From the NCBI GenBank assembly GCA_013265495.1, contig MU057993.1, forward strand, positions 62,001-82,655: DNA of 20,655 nucleotides. Direction: 5' to 3'. The notes below the pieces were generated by a model. The model ran no database searches. It was not told where the DNA came from and saw only the letters and a list, made by a program, of their open reading frames with translations. Source of the stretch: Vicugna vicugna. Taxonomy: Eukaryota. The translations under genes were made by a program, and so were the position numbers. Below, piece after piece: positions 10,614-20,655 of this stretch (within the stretch, counting starts at the first letter, position 1; the number at the start of each line of letters is the position of its first letter).

Positions 10614-11211
10614 TGTTAGAGCAGGCAGATAGCTAGATATGAGCAGAGAAAGGGGGACACAGACCAAATGGCAGGAATTAGGCAGAAAGGAGGGGCACAG
10701 GACAAATGCCAGAAACCACATGTCATGTGAGCAGCAGGGATCCTTGGGCAGAGAAAGAAAAGCTGGAATCTTTGGGTTGATAAGGGACCACAACTTTTGG
10801 CTTGGAGGCCAACAAAGAAAGGTCAGAAAAGGCAGGAATTTCTAGTGCCCGAATGTAACCTTTTACTCATTATGCCCTCATTTCAATAAAATTAGCCTTG
10901 CAGATCAGAAGTACCCATCATGCACCGACGCCATGAGGCTTCCGATCCAGACTGAATAAGGACAAAAATCCCTCCTCCCTTTGGGAAGGTGGAGTTGGGA
11001 TGATAATCAGGAAATACGACACCCTATGTAACTAACTTGCCAAAGAAATTCAGGGCAGCTGCTCACCTGAGCCTGCCCGCTCTCCCCTGAGAGTGTACTA
11101 TCCATCCTTTAATAAATCCTCATTTTACCTTTTTAACCTCTAAGTCTTGTCTCTGAATTTTTTCTGGGACGGGACAAGAACCTGGATCACCAGTTGCGCC
11201 TATTGGCGACA
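10614..11211 (+). repeat. 3' LTR of the inner provirus (598 bp)
   Basis: Direct repeat of 4061-4702 with about 18 substitutions (manual count), a 46-bp deletion and a 2-bp insertion. AATAAA at 11111-11116; followed by TSD AAAT. Confidence 0.97.
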
Positions 11212-13153
11212 AAATGATCTCCCCAGATATTTGGTAACTTGAAATTTTATAGTGGTGCTAAGTTAAGTTAAATGATGGAAGTTTATTAAATAGCCAGTTC
11301 ATTTTCAGATAAAATAAGACATTGAAACATTTATTGCTGAATATTGACTTCCTCTTGCAAAGAAACAATAGATATTTAGAAATAAATATTAATAAATATG
11401 TGGTGCCACCCTGAAATATTCTCTACTACTAAGGGAAATATCTCAGTATTCTAGGAAAGTAAGATGAATGCTTTCATTAAAAGAAGATATAAGAAATGGA
11501 ATTATGTTTTGTTAATAAAAAAAAAGTGACATTGTCCTAAAGCTAGTTGCTTCTGAATGGAAAAGAAAATATGGGATAAAATAATATGGATAGGGAAATT
11601 TGTGGAAGGCTTGCAAAAGAGGAACCCTGAGGAAAAGGTTTTACACATGGTCTGGATTGGCTAAGTTTAAAATGAATTTAGTCCAGAAAATTAATCCTTA
11701 AAATAAGATGGTACAAGGTTAGATTTAGTTCGCTTTCTCTCTGTTGAGAGAACAAAGTTATTTTAAAATGTTAATCTGCTTTTAGTAACAGATTTTAAAG
11801 TTTCTTTTATCCCTTAAGTGATCTGTTCTGTATTTATCTTTGAAATATTTTGTTAATGAATAAGTAATGTTTCAAAGTGACCAATATGTTTATCTGACCA
11901 AGTGTTTCGAAACTTTATAAAAAGCTTCCCAAATATCAAATTTTAATCAGAGTTCTTTTGACCTCCAGCTAAATCTGGGATGCTTCAGAGGGCCCTTGAA
12001 GCATCCCAAAGAGAGATTTTAAACTAGTAAGTTTCATGTGGTATGTTAAATAACATGGAAAGTATTGACCAATGAATAATAAATCTTCCTAGTTTATATT
12101 GTATGAGAAAATATTAATATAGATATTCTAAAAATTATATGGAATCCCTAAAAATATGGTATGTCTGAAATGTTACTAATCATAATTCTGGTTATTGTGA
12201 CCAGGTCTGTTTATCAATTACAGTGTAAATAGGTGTTTAACCATGCTATTAAGTCTTCTGTCATTTATAGACAGTTATGGTATTATTCTGATGCTTTTGC
12301 AAAATTGCTTTCTCTTCAAGGAGATTTACTGGTTTCTAATAAATTTCAAACTATAATAGTGAACTAAACTGGGTAAGAAATTTTAAAATTCTGATGGAAA
12401 CTCTGATTTCATAAAGCTGTTAACAACATCAAAAAGATTAGTTACATGGGGCTGAGTAAACTGATGAATATGGTTATAATTTTTGGTTTTGCCTAAAATA
12501 TTACTGGCTTTTTAATCTGTGTTTTCCAGATATAAATAAGCTCTTCTCCTTAATTAATTATGACACAGCAATTTGATAAATTGTACCTATGAAAGCAGAC
12601 TTGGAACAGTTATCTTTTTCCTCTGATCACTCCAGAGACTTGAAACTTTTAAATTCCCAGTGGCTCTATCAGATAAATTAGGAAGATTACCTCCTAACAG
12701 GTATAGGAATCTCAAGGCATTTTGAGGACCTTAAAGAGAAAATACTTCACTTAAATCTATAAGGCAAAATCTGTGACAAGCCCTTGACATGACCTTCCTG
12801 GCCGTAGGAGACCTTATTAAAATTCCAGCCAGAGAATCCTTATTAAAAGTTCTGGCACAGCCAATTTAAAAGAGCCTATATGATTAAATAATCAGAATTA
12901 ATTTGTGGAAAAACTTTTCTTGATTTGGCTATATATGATAAAATTGAGGGTAACTTTAGAGAGAAAACGATTAGGTTTTATTGAATATTAAATTCTAGTT
13001 TTGTTAATTGAGGTCTATATTTACTAATACTCACTTCCCAGATCATTCCTTGCTGTTATGTTACATTGCTGCAAAGTTTAATTGAATTATTAAAAGAACA
13101 CTCTAGGTTTGTTTCTGAGGGTCAGTAATTTATCCTTGGATGAAGATCCGATG

Positions 13154-13320
13154 TCTCATGACCTGCAAACAGGAGATTATACACACTGGAACAGACATGA
13201 TTTAAAGAACTATCTTCAGCCTGAATGGAAGGACCCTTTATCAGGTACTCTTAACTAACACAGTAAAAGCTAAAGGAAATTGACTTTTGGATTAATTTCC
13301 AGTCCAAAAGAGCCCTTGCA
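13154..13320 (+). pseudogene. pol: Integrase C-terminal remnant of the middle ERV1 element
   Basis: SHDLQTGDYTHWNRHDLKNYLQPEWKDP, frameshift, YQVLLTN, KLKEIDFWI; matches the class I IN motif L.P.WKGPYQVLLT...K....WIH. Confidence 0.75.
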
Positions 13321-13489
13321 CTGGAATGGCCTATAGAGTAGTGCTAACCTTAAATCAATGCTCAAATGGAGAAGCTAGCAGACCAGAAAGAGAAGATGAC
13401 ATCTGAGGTAGACAGCTGACCCAAGACACCGGACCAGGCCTATATACCAATTATTTTGATAATTGCTCTTACCTTTGATTATGAACTAA

Positions 13490-14170
13490 TCCAATTGCTA
13501 GGTCTATGGTCAATTACCTCTATCTAGTGCTTCTGTGTTATCTTGGTGGGTTTCCCTACTCCAAGGCCCTAACTAGATAGTCCTTAGAAAATTTAATCTA
13601 GGAAAAATAAAAGAAGAAATTATAGTTCTATGTAGGCCACTATTGACATTACAAAGTGGGAGCCCTCTCCTGGCTACTTAATAATACCTGATCTGAGCCT
13701 GGCCATACATATGAATTGTCTTATAATATCACTCAAGCTCAATCAAGGCAACAAACAAAATTTCAGTCAAAGAATATAACTTCCCTCAATTATGGAAAAG
13801 ACTTGTATAGTTAATATCAGGGTATGGACATGTAAGCTTAAAGGTTCTCTTATGTTTGGAAAAAATTTTAAAAATTGAACTATACTATGGATAAGCAACC
13901 TAATAACACTAGGAAATTTGTCTAGGAGTCTTATGAACAATGCCTGTATAACATCTTTCCTAAAGATATGTATTGGTACAGAACAGACTAAGTCAGTTGA
14001 CCTGGAGATACACTGAGCTGCACCTAATGAAAGTTCTTGTTTTAAATTCTTACTTATGGCCTTACTAATGTTGCTAACTATATTATTTGCATTTTGCCTG
14101 TTTTACAAAATTGTTGTTTCTTGCATTACCAAATGTGTCAAAAGTGTGACTGAGCCTCTGATAAAATGAT
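13490..14170 (+). pseudogene. env: Fragmentary env remnant of the middle ERV1 element
   Basis: NC*VYGQLPLSSASVLSWWVSLLQG (degenerate NCWVCGQLP...GLPWW SU motif, about 13493-13570) and a hydrophobic anchor-like FLLMALLMLLTILFAFCLFYKIVVSCI (about 14047-14130). Confidence 0.55.
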
Positions 14171-14458
14171 AAAGTAGCTTGGAACAGTAGAACAGATATA
14201 TGCTTCTGCATGAGACCTATGATTGTAATGGTGCAACTCTAGATATGGGAAAAAACAACAAGAGAGAATATTCTCCTGGACCATAACAGACTAGTAAGAC
14301 AGGTGGTCCGGATAATTTTTGCTACTGTTAATAAGGCCTAGTCCTGTAATAGCACATTGAGTGGCCTATCAATATAATTCTTGCATGGCATAGGAATAAG
14401 CAGTCCAAGCTCCGTGGATGAAATGGTTGTGCCAAGCCATGGTCAAATGTATGATCAT

Positions 14459-14741
14459 GCAGGCACTCGCCATCAGCCTCTACAAGGATTGGGTCACGTT
14501 GGCACTTGCCTTCGTACTCTGCTTGGATTAAATCATGAGCCACTGCAGCTGCTGACCTCCAACACACCCTGAAAGGTGTTCGGGGTGGAGGTCAGGAATG
14601 GGGCGCTCTGTGCTCTGGGAAAGCTGGCTGAACAGACCTTCAAATAGCTAGATTTTTTTCAGGAAAAGATCTTATGAGCCCAAATTCCTGCATCTCCTCA
14701 TATCCAGAAAAGCACTAAAACCATTAATGGTGACATCTGCT
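14459..14741 (+). repeat. Partial ERV1 LTR (U3 portion only), cetartiodactyl type
   Basis: CTGCAGCTGCTGACCTCCAACACACCCTGAAAGG...CTCTGTGCTCTGGGAAA...GAAAAGCACTAAAA recognised from memory as an ERV1 LTR interior; it follows the env remnant. No TG start, PPT, polyA signal or CA end is visible. Confidence 0.55.
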
Positions 14742-14985
14742 TTGTCCACTAAGAAGAGAAATGCATTTGAAAATCAAAATGAAATAACTATAGTTCAGAC
14801 ATTCAATGTAAAACTAGGTAAACATTGTAGATGTGATTTCAGACAAATTTCTGTATTGCTGAGAACTTGAGTTTTCTGAGCAATGTCAAAATTGGGATGC
14901 CACCGCCATTCTCAAAGCAGTGTCTGCTGGCAACTTGTAGCTACAACCTAATGGGCTTAACTTCTCCTCTTGTAATTATTGAGTT
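14742..14985 (+). pseudogene. env: Betaretrovirus-like env TM ectodomain remnant (probable continuation of 2465-2780)
   Basis: LSTKKRNAFENQNEI..VQTFNVKLGKHCRCDFRQISV aligns with JSRV VQSINFRMKIQCHANYKWICV (CX7C loop; second C is TCT). Then NWDATAILKAVSAGNL/SYNLMGLTS resembles MMTV NWERTRAHLLGIWNDNEISYNIQELT. Reference sequences are from memory. Confidence 0.6.
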
Positions 14986-14990
14986 CCTAG

Positions 14991-15452
14991 ATCCATACTG
15001 CCTGTCATGCTTTCACACCAGATGAGTCCAGGAGCATCACAACTGCCCTAGAGGACATGAAACAACAAATACATAATGTAGGGGATTCAGATGCATATGT
15101 GGGAGAAATTACATCTCAAGTTAACACCTGATTTTCTGGCATCTTTCCATGGACCTCAAGGTCTCAAATGCATTCTTTTGGGAATTTTACAGTTTCTGTT
15201 TTCACTTCTGTTAACAAAAGTGTATATATATATATATATATATAGACTAACAGTTTTCTGATGTCTAATGTGCAGGAAACAAAGAGCTAAGGCTCTTTCT
15301 GAACCCCCAGCCATATGGCAAGATCAGGCTGGCTTGTTCCATTTCAAGAACCCCCCAAAAACACCCACATTCAACAGGAAGCAGGCAGATGAACACGACG
15401 CCCATCTCCCTATTTCCATAGAAATTGAATGAGAAACTGACAGTGGGGATTT
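14991..15452 (+). pseudogene. env: Gamma-type env TM C-terminal remnant plus ERV1 3'UTR and degenerate PPT
   Basis: IHTACHAFTPDESRSITTALEDMKQQI (compare I.T.CC.FIPD.S.NIT...DM..QI), anchor-like LGILQFLFSLLL, 3'UTR motif TTCAACAGGAAGCAG (like TTCAGCTTGAAGCAG at about 10528), and purine-rich AGTGGGGA just before the LTR at 15453. Confidence 0.6.
15223..15244. repeat. (TA)11 microsatellite
   Basis: Read directly from the sequence. Confidence 0.95.
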
Positions 15453-15925
15453 TGAAGTAGAATTAATAAAATGGCCACACTTAGGCTAACAGATTTCTTC
15501 TTCTCATACACAACCTTAAAACGGTCAACTGATCTGATTAACTGGTTGCTACTCTTGGTTCCAGGCCTATTGTTAAAACTGTAGCTATAGATTTTACACT
15601 TTCTACTTTATTCCGGTAATCAAAAGCTATAATCTCACAGAGAAAAAAATGTGACAATGAGTGTGTATATGTCCATGAATGACTGAAAAATTGTGCTCAA
15701 CACTGGAATTTGACACAACATTGTAAAATGATTATAAATCAATAAAAAATGTTAAAAAAATAAATAAAAGGAGATTCTAAATACTAAAAAAAAAAAACCC
15801 TATAATCACGCTTGGTCTCCAGGGAGAAGGTCACAGGACTTAACCTTATAAAATAGCCTGAGTTACCAAAAAGACCACAACTTGGGTGCTTCTAATGAAG
15901 AGATGGAAAGAGTGACAAACACTGG
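15453..15925 (+). repeat. ERV1 LTR, 3'-truncated, interrupted by an L1 fragment; same family as 17995-18564
   Basis: TGAAGTAGAATTAATAAAATGGCCACACTTAGGCTAACAGA aligns with the reverse complement starting at 18564 (TGAAGGGGGAATAATAAAATGGTCGCACTTAGGTTAACAGA) and stays collinear across the L1 site. Confidence 0.8.
15635..15797 (+). mobile_element. 5'-truncated LINE-1 3' end with A-tail, 16-nt extra tag and second poly(A)
   Basis: GAATGACTGAAAAATTGTGCTC...GACACAACATTGTAAAATGATTATAAATCAATAAAAAA resembles a camelid-type L1 3'UTR (from memory). Imperfect TSD AAAAGCTATAATC (15622-15634) / AAACCCTATAATC (15795-15807). The insert is absent from the paralogous LTR. Confidence 0.85.
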
Positions 15926-17994
15926 CGGAAAATGACCTTTTGTATATTTGCCATCATTATGTTTACATTTTGATATAGTCACTGAGGTCATTGTAGTGTT
16001 TTAACCTGAAAAATGAGGTAAATAAATTAGAAGAAATCAATCATTTAATTTAAATGTAAATTAAATCACATTGTGAAATTGTTGCAAATTCCTTCTCTGT
16101 TGCAATGTGTAAATTGTTTAAATTTTATAGAGTAGCAAATTTCTTAAAATTTCAAAACAACAAATACTTTTTGAACACCTACATACACACTAGATATAAG
16201 ATATGTATGACTTATGCATAATATGACATCTATGTGTGTCAACATTCATATATATAACTGCATAAAACAAAGTGGAGTTTTCTCACCCTGTTCCTCAGGC
16301 TTATACCTTGCAGGTAACCAGAATTAATGTATGGTGCAAATCCTTTTGGGTTTGTTTTATTTTAAACAGAACTAAAGTTGTAATCCAGGTCAATGTGCTC
16401 CAAATTCTGTTATATCAGGTTATAAAGCAGATTTTCAAGGCCACATTGATCTTAAAGTTTACAGATTGCCTCTGTTCTCCACATGTTACTAAAGTACTTC
16501 CTTCGATTTCAATAAAGACAGGTTGCAGGAATGCGGCAGTTCTGTGTGAGTGTTTGCTGTAGCGGGTGTAACCAGCAGCACACAGACACTCCTGGTGTCA
16601 TGGCCCACGTCTCCATAATAACATCATATCAAGCCAAGATGCCCTCCCTGTTCAGATCAGCCCCTGTGCCAGTCCCCCATGATGAGGAACTGCCTCCTGA
16701 GGCAGCTCAGACAGCTCTGATTGCTAGAAAGTTCCATGTGGTGCCCTTTAAATTTAACTTGTCCAGAGTAAAACTCACTAATTTGAGCTTTCAGAAAGGG
16801 ACAGCTCTCTTGATCTTTGTTAACAAAGAACTTACACCAGCAAATTGTCAGGACCCTCGGCCAATAAAGGCTTTCAGGCTAATGTTACTAGCTTCCTCCA
16901 AAGAGTGCTCAGTACACGGAAGTTTCTTTAACCATGTGCTTCTAGATGCAGAGATGGGCTCTAAGGTGTAAGGGTTGTAATTCTGTGACATTGTGTTGTG
17001 AAAGGTGCACCTCTTATGGACTTTGACAACAACATGTGTTAATTTTATAAAACTCATATATGAGTGAATGACTAAGGTCACATCCCTAGAACTCCTGAAA
17101 ACTGCTTGGAAGTCCAGAATGCCTGAAGCTCTGGGACAGTCACCTGCCCCCACCCATTGCCTCTGGCACTGTGCTTTACGTTGTTGGCCTTCTCTGCTGT
17201 ATTCTAGAAATAATGCAAAATGTTGTTTAAATATTCTGGAATTTAGCTTTTATCCAGATAAGATGGCCTGGATATGCAAGGGGTTACAGTTTAAATTATA
17301 GGAGATGTTCAAAGCACAGGATTGTGGATATGCAGACCTAAAGGAAGCCAGTGATCTGGGCACAGGCCCCCTGTGCCGTGTTTGGGAGAATCAAGGGATC
17401 CACATTATTTGTTGAAGTGTTCTGAGTTGGTTTCCCTCGTTTTGTTTGTAGTGATATTGAGGAGGCTGTGTTTGGATCCTGGCTTTGTTTTGTAACCTCA
17501 ACTTTATGGTTTTTGACTCATCAATGTTTGTACTTGCAGTGGGTTTATTTTGACAGTACCTCTGGTCCCTGGGGTACAGGCTCATCCTGTGTTGGCAGTA
17601 CCTGCTCCAGCCATTGCCATGTGGACACTCAGGATTTCCATTCCTGAAGCCTCCCCAGCCCAGAAGTCTGAGCTTATTTGACCTGCTTTGAAAAGGTATG
17701 CATATATACATTTTTAACATTCTTCAGTATCCCCATGAAGAAGGAGGACTTTAATATCTACTGGGTAGTGTTTTTGTTTTCTTTTTAATATTTTTTCTTT
17801 CATGGTGGACCTGTGCGCCTGTGAAACGTGCACTGTTTCATGCCACGCCCCTTCATGCAACCCCCACACCCCACCATACCACTGGTTGTGTTCTTTAGTA
17901 GACGTTCTGTGGTTTTACATCAGTTTTTAATATTGGTGCCAGGTGGTTCCAAAGGTCCTGGTGATTGTCTGTATGTTCATCTCATGATCCTCAG

Positions 17995-18564
17995 TGTTGC
18001 TGAAAGATCAGCTCCCGTCCCTAATGAGCCAAATAACACAGAGACCGGGTCTTGGAGCTTACAAGAAAGGAGGCAGCTTTATTACTCATCCAGGCAAAGG
18101 AAACTCACAGCAGGCTAATCCCTTCAAAACTGTGCACCCACCTTTGCAATGGGGCAGGATAATTATATAGCCATAGCTTAAACAACGAAGCGTTCATAAC
18201 AACTGACAGAATCATGTTCTCATCAGAAGACTCAGAATGGCGTCATGATGCCTCCAGGGGACCAATTCTATAGAGGATAGTGGTTAGATCACTTTATCTC
18301 ATTAGCACTCAAGGTGTGGCCTTCTTTGTAAGGTTACAGTCCTTTGACTTTCTCCCTGGAGAAGGACACAGAGACCAAGCATGTTTATGACTTTCGATTA
18401 CTGGAATAAAATAGAAACAGTAAGATCAATGGCTGTAGTTTTAACACTGGGCCTGGAGTTGTGGGTAGCAACTGGTCGGTCAGGTTCATTAAGCATTCTA
18501 AGGGCAACCATCAGAATAAGAAGTCTGTTAACCTAAGTGCGACCATTTTATTATTCCCCCTTCA
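17995..18564 (-). repeat. Solo ERV1-type LTR (570 bp)
   Basis: TG...CA termini, minus-strand AATAAA (18078-18083) and TATA-like TATATAA (about 18163-18169), homology to 15453-15925. TSD not clean (TCAG / TCGT). Confidence 0.82.
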
Positions 18565-19291
18565 TCGTGATTCATTGAGAATGGAAGGTAGGGACTTCTG
18601 GGCTTCTTGACACAGTCTTGTTTTCAAGGTGACATTTAAAATTAGGCTTATCCCACCCATCTCCTTGGCCCCTCCCAGGCCCTAACCCTAACCCTGTAAC
18701 CAGAGTCTGTCCTTGGGGCTCTTGCAGGCCTCTCCAAAAGACAAACTCAGAGTCTCTACATTTTCAAGTTTTGCTGATAATTACTTCTGGAAAAAAACAG
18801 AAAGTACATTTGATTTTTGTTGTTGTTGTTGTTTTCCAGAATAGTAAATTTACAAAGCATAAGAAACTGTTTACAGAATCCTAAAGTTAAGGATTCTTTT
18901 TATAAAATGTATTTTAAAATTCCTTAGGTAATATATATTTTGTGTGAAAACATAAGCAATACTGAAATATATGGAATAAAAAGTTTCTCTGTAGACCTTA
19001 ATTTGCTGGCTGGAGTGTTTGCACATTGAATTTTGATAGATACTAACAATGGATGCTTTCCAAGGTGTACCACCACCACCACTGGCAGACTTCGAAGGCT
19101 TCCCAGCAGGGTTCCCAACACTGGGAACATCTTTGCAAATGTTTACCAGTTTGATAGGTGCGAAAATAACATTTCACGTTCATTTGCATTTCTCTGAGTA
19201 CAGTAGAGTTGAGTATCTTACTGTTCTTTTGTTTGGCTCTTTTCTGAGACAGGACACAAAAGTCATCTTGTACTGGGAAGGTGTGAGGTGC

Positions 19292-19828
19292 TGTTACAGA
19301 ATCCAACCTCATTCTGCTCACCACACGACAAATCAATAAATCAGTAGATGAGGTGTTGGAGCAAGGAATAGCGACTTTATTTGGAAAACTGGCAGACTAA
19401 GAAGATGACAGACTAATGTCCTGGAGAACCTTCTTCCCCAACCAGAATTCAGGCACCTTTTATACTTGAAAGGGGTAGGGGTGTGATTGGTTGTTGCAAA
19501 CTTCTTGGTGTAGGAATTATTTGTTCTTGTAATCCTTTGTTCTTGCAGCTCTCCACATGATTCATGTCATTGTGCCCCTGTAAATCCTCCAAAAAAAAAC
19601 CCATTATTTTCTATTCTGCAACTTGTCATCTTTATATGAGTGCAAAAGTGTGAATATCCTTAAAGGTCAGAGTCTTGGGAATAGGCTGCCTTGTATATTT
19701 CAGGCTAAAGGCAACATTCTTTTACAAAAGGTGCCGAGCTAGCAAGGCTAAGCCTAGAAAACAGGGCACAGGGTTAAAGCCAAAGGAACAGATCTAGCAT
19801 AGAGTCAGATTTCTTCTTTTCTATTACA
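19292..19828 (-). repeat. Solo ERV1 LTR (537 bp), MER41-like artiodactyl type
   Basis: TGTTAC...TTACA termini, perfect 4-bp TSD GTGC (19288-19291, 19829-19832), minus-strand TATAAAA (19458-19464), CCAAT upstream of it, and AATAAA (19376-19381). Family name is from memory. Confidence 0.9.
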
Positions 19829-20655
19829 GTGCCTTTGCTGAGAGATAAGAGGATGTTTCTGGGCGGGTCCTCCTCTGCCCCTGGCAGGGATTCGGCAAGA
19901 ACCCTGCCAGACTCACCATGACTGTGGATGGAACTGCTCTCCAGCAGAGAAAATAACAATTATTGGTGATTAAAATTACTTGTCAAAGTATCTTCAATTG
20001 CCTGTAAACTATACCATGTAGGGTGCGGGGAACTTCTCACTTGCCCATCAATAATCAGGCTCCCCAGATACAAGCGACCAGCATTGCACCGGGTTCCAAG
20101 ATGGCCTAGCCAAAACAGCTTCACACTTTTCTCTTGAACCTTTGTCTCCTAACAAGTACACTTTCAAAGCTCTGGTTCCTCTTCCCTTTTCTGCCGCATG
20201 AATGAACACATCTCTGAACCCACCTGGGCTGAGCCCAGATCATGCAGACAACCACATGCTGTCCATTGCCAGGCTTGGCTGCATCCTCCCTCTAGCATGT
20301 TCATGTGCCCAGCACCTCTGCCATAGGGGTCTGGATCACCATCTGTGCCATCACCCAACCAAGGACTACTGGTGGGTGGTGAACAGCCCAGGACCACCCT
20401 GGCATGCAGCCTAGGATCTCCCTGAGCCTCTGGCTTAGAGAAAGCACAGGGCATGGGGGGCAGGGTTCCTGGGTGGGAATTGGAACCACCTCCATTCTCA
20501 CCCACCAAACCCCAAAGCCTCAGATACAGGGCTGTTTGCCCACACACTACGCCAGAGCTCTGACTGGTGTCTGTCGCCATGATGATTGGAGCCTGTAATG
20601 CCCCACCCCATTGGGTGAAGAATGAGGGTGTCATCTCGGGTTAGGGGTGCACTCA

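Larger units (their letters stand above)
4061..11211 (+). mobile_element. Two-LTR class I (gammaretrovirus-like ERV1) provirus, 7151 bp, defective
   Basis: Two direct LTRs TG...CA, 4-bp TSD AAAT (4057-4060, 11212-11215), PBS, gag-pro-pol-env order, PPT. Confidence 0.97.
2784..14741 (+). mobile_element. Middle non-autonomous class I (ERV1, MER4-group-like) element, interrupted by the 4061-11211 provirus; lacks 5' LTR/leader and 3' R-U5
   Basis: Mini-gag at 2784-3229; AT-rich non-coding interior continuous across the AAAT target site (4057-4060 and 11212-11215); IN C-terminal and env remnants at 13.15-14.17 kb; LTR U3-like fragment at the end. Boundaries approximate. Confidence 0.7.

Noticed and set aside
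16272..17301. ORFs of 77-146 aa in unassigned sequence
   Set aside because: No recognisable motifs or coding-like composition. Part of 16.0-16.45 kb may be old antisense L1, but I cannot support that.
17557..17695. Possible exon (TTTTGACAG ... AAAG/GTATGC)
   Set aside because: Splice-like motifs alone are common; no recognisable protein or partner exons.
18680..18695. Telomere-like CCCTAACCCTAACCCT
   Set aside because: Under three units; too short to call an interstitial telomeric repeat.
20164..20634. 156-aa minus-strand ORF in the GC-richer end of the window
   Set aside because: No recognisable domain. Overlapping ORFs on both strands are expected at this GC content.
1..20655. Prokaryotic systems (CRISPR, retron, DGR) suggested by two RT genes
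   Set aside because: Both RTs are retroviral, in pol context with env and LTRs; no repeat-spacer arrays or operons are present.

Overview
Mammalian genomic DNA with no intact cellular gene. The 3' end of a LINE-1 fragment and the LTR types suggest a cetartiodactyl, possibly a camelid (recognised from memory, not searched). Bases 1-15.9 kb are a nested mosaic of endogenous retroviruses, all on the + strand. (i) An outer class II (betaretrovirus-like) pol-env remnant; its env TM breaks off at about 2780 and appears to resume at about 14742. (ii) A middle non-autonomous class I (ERV1) element (about 2784-14741) with a mini-gag, an AT-rich interior, IN and env remnants, and only part of an LTR. 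(iii) An inner two-LTR ERV1 provirus (4061-11211) with a 4-bp TSD AAAT, a tRNA-Arg-like PBS, a long leader with candidate pre-gag ORFs, gag, pro, an internally deleted pol, an EnvV-like env, and LTRs about 3% divergent. (iv) A gamma-type env TM, 3'UTR and LTR tail (about 14991-15925), with an L1 3' fragment and a short 3' transduction inserted in that LTR. Downstream lie two minus-strand solo LTRs (17995-18564, 19292-19828) in unassigned sequence. All retroviral ORFs are disrupted. Family names come from remembered motifs and need database confirmation.
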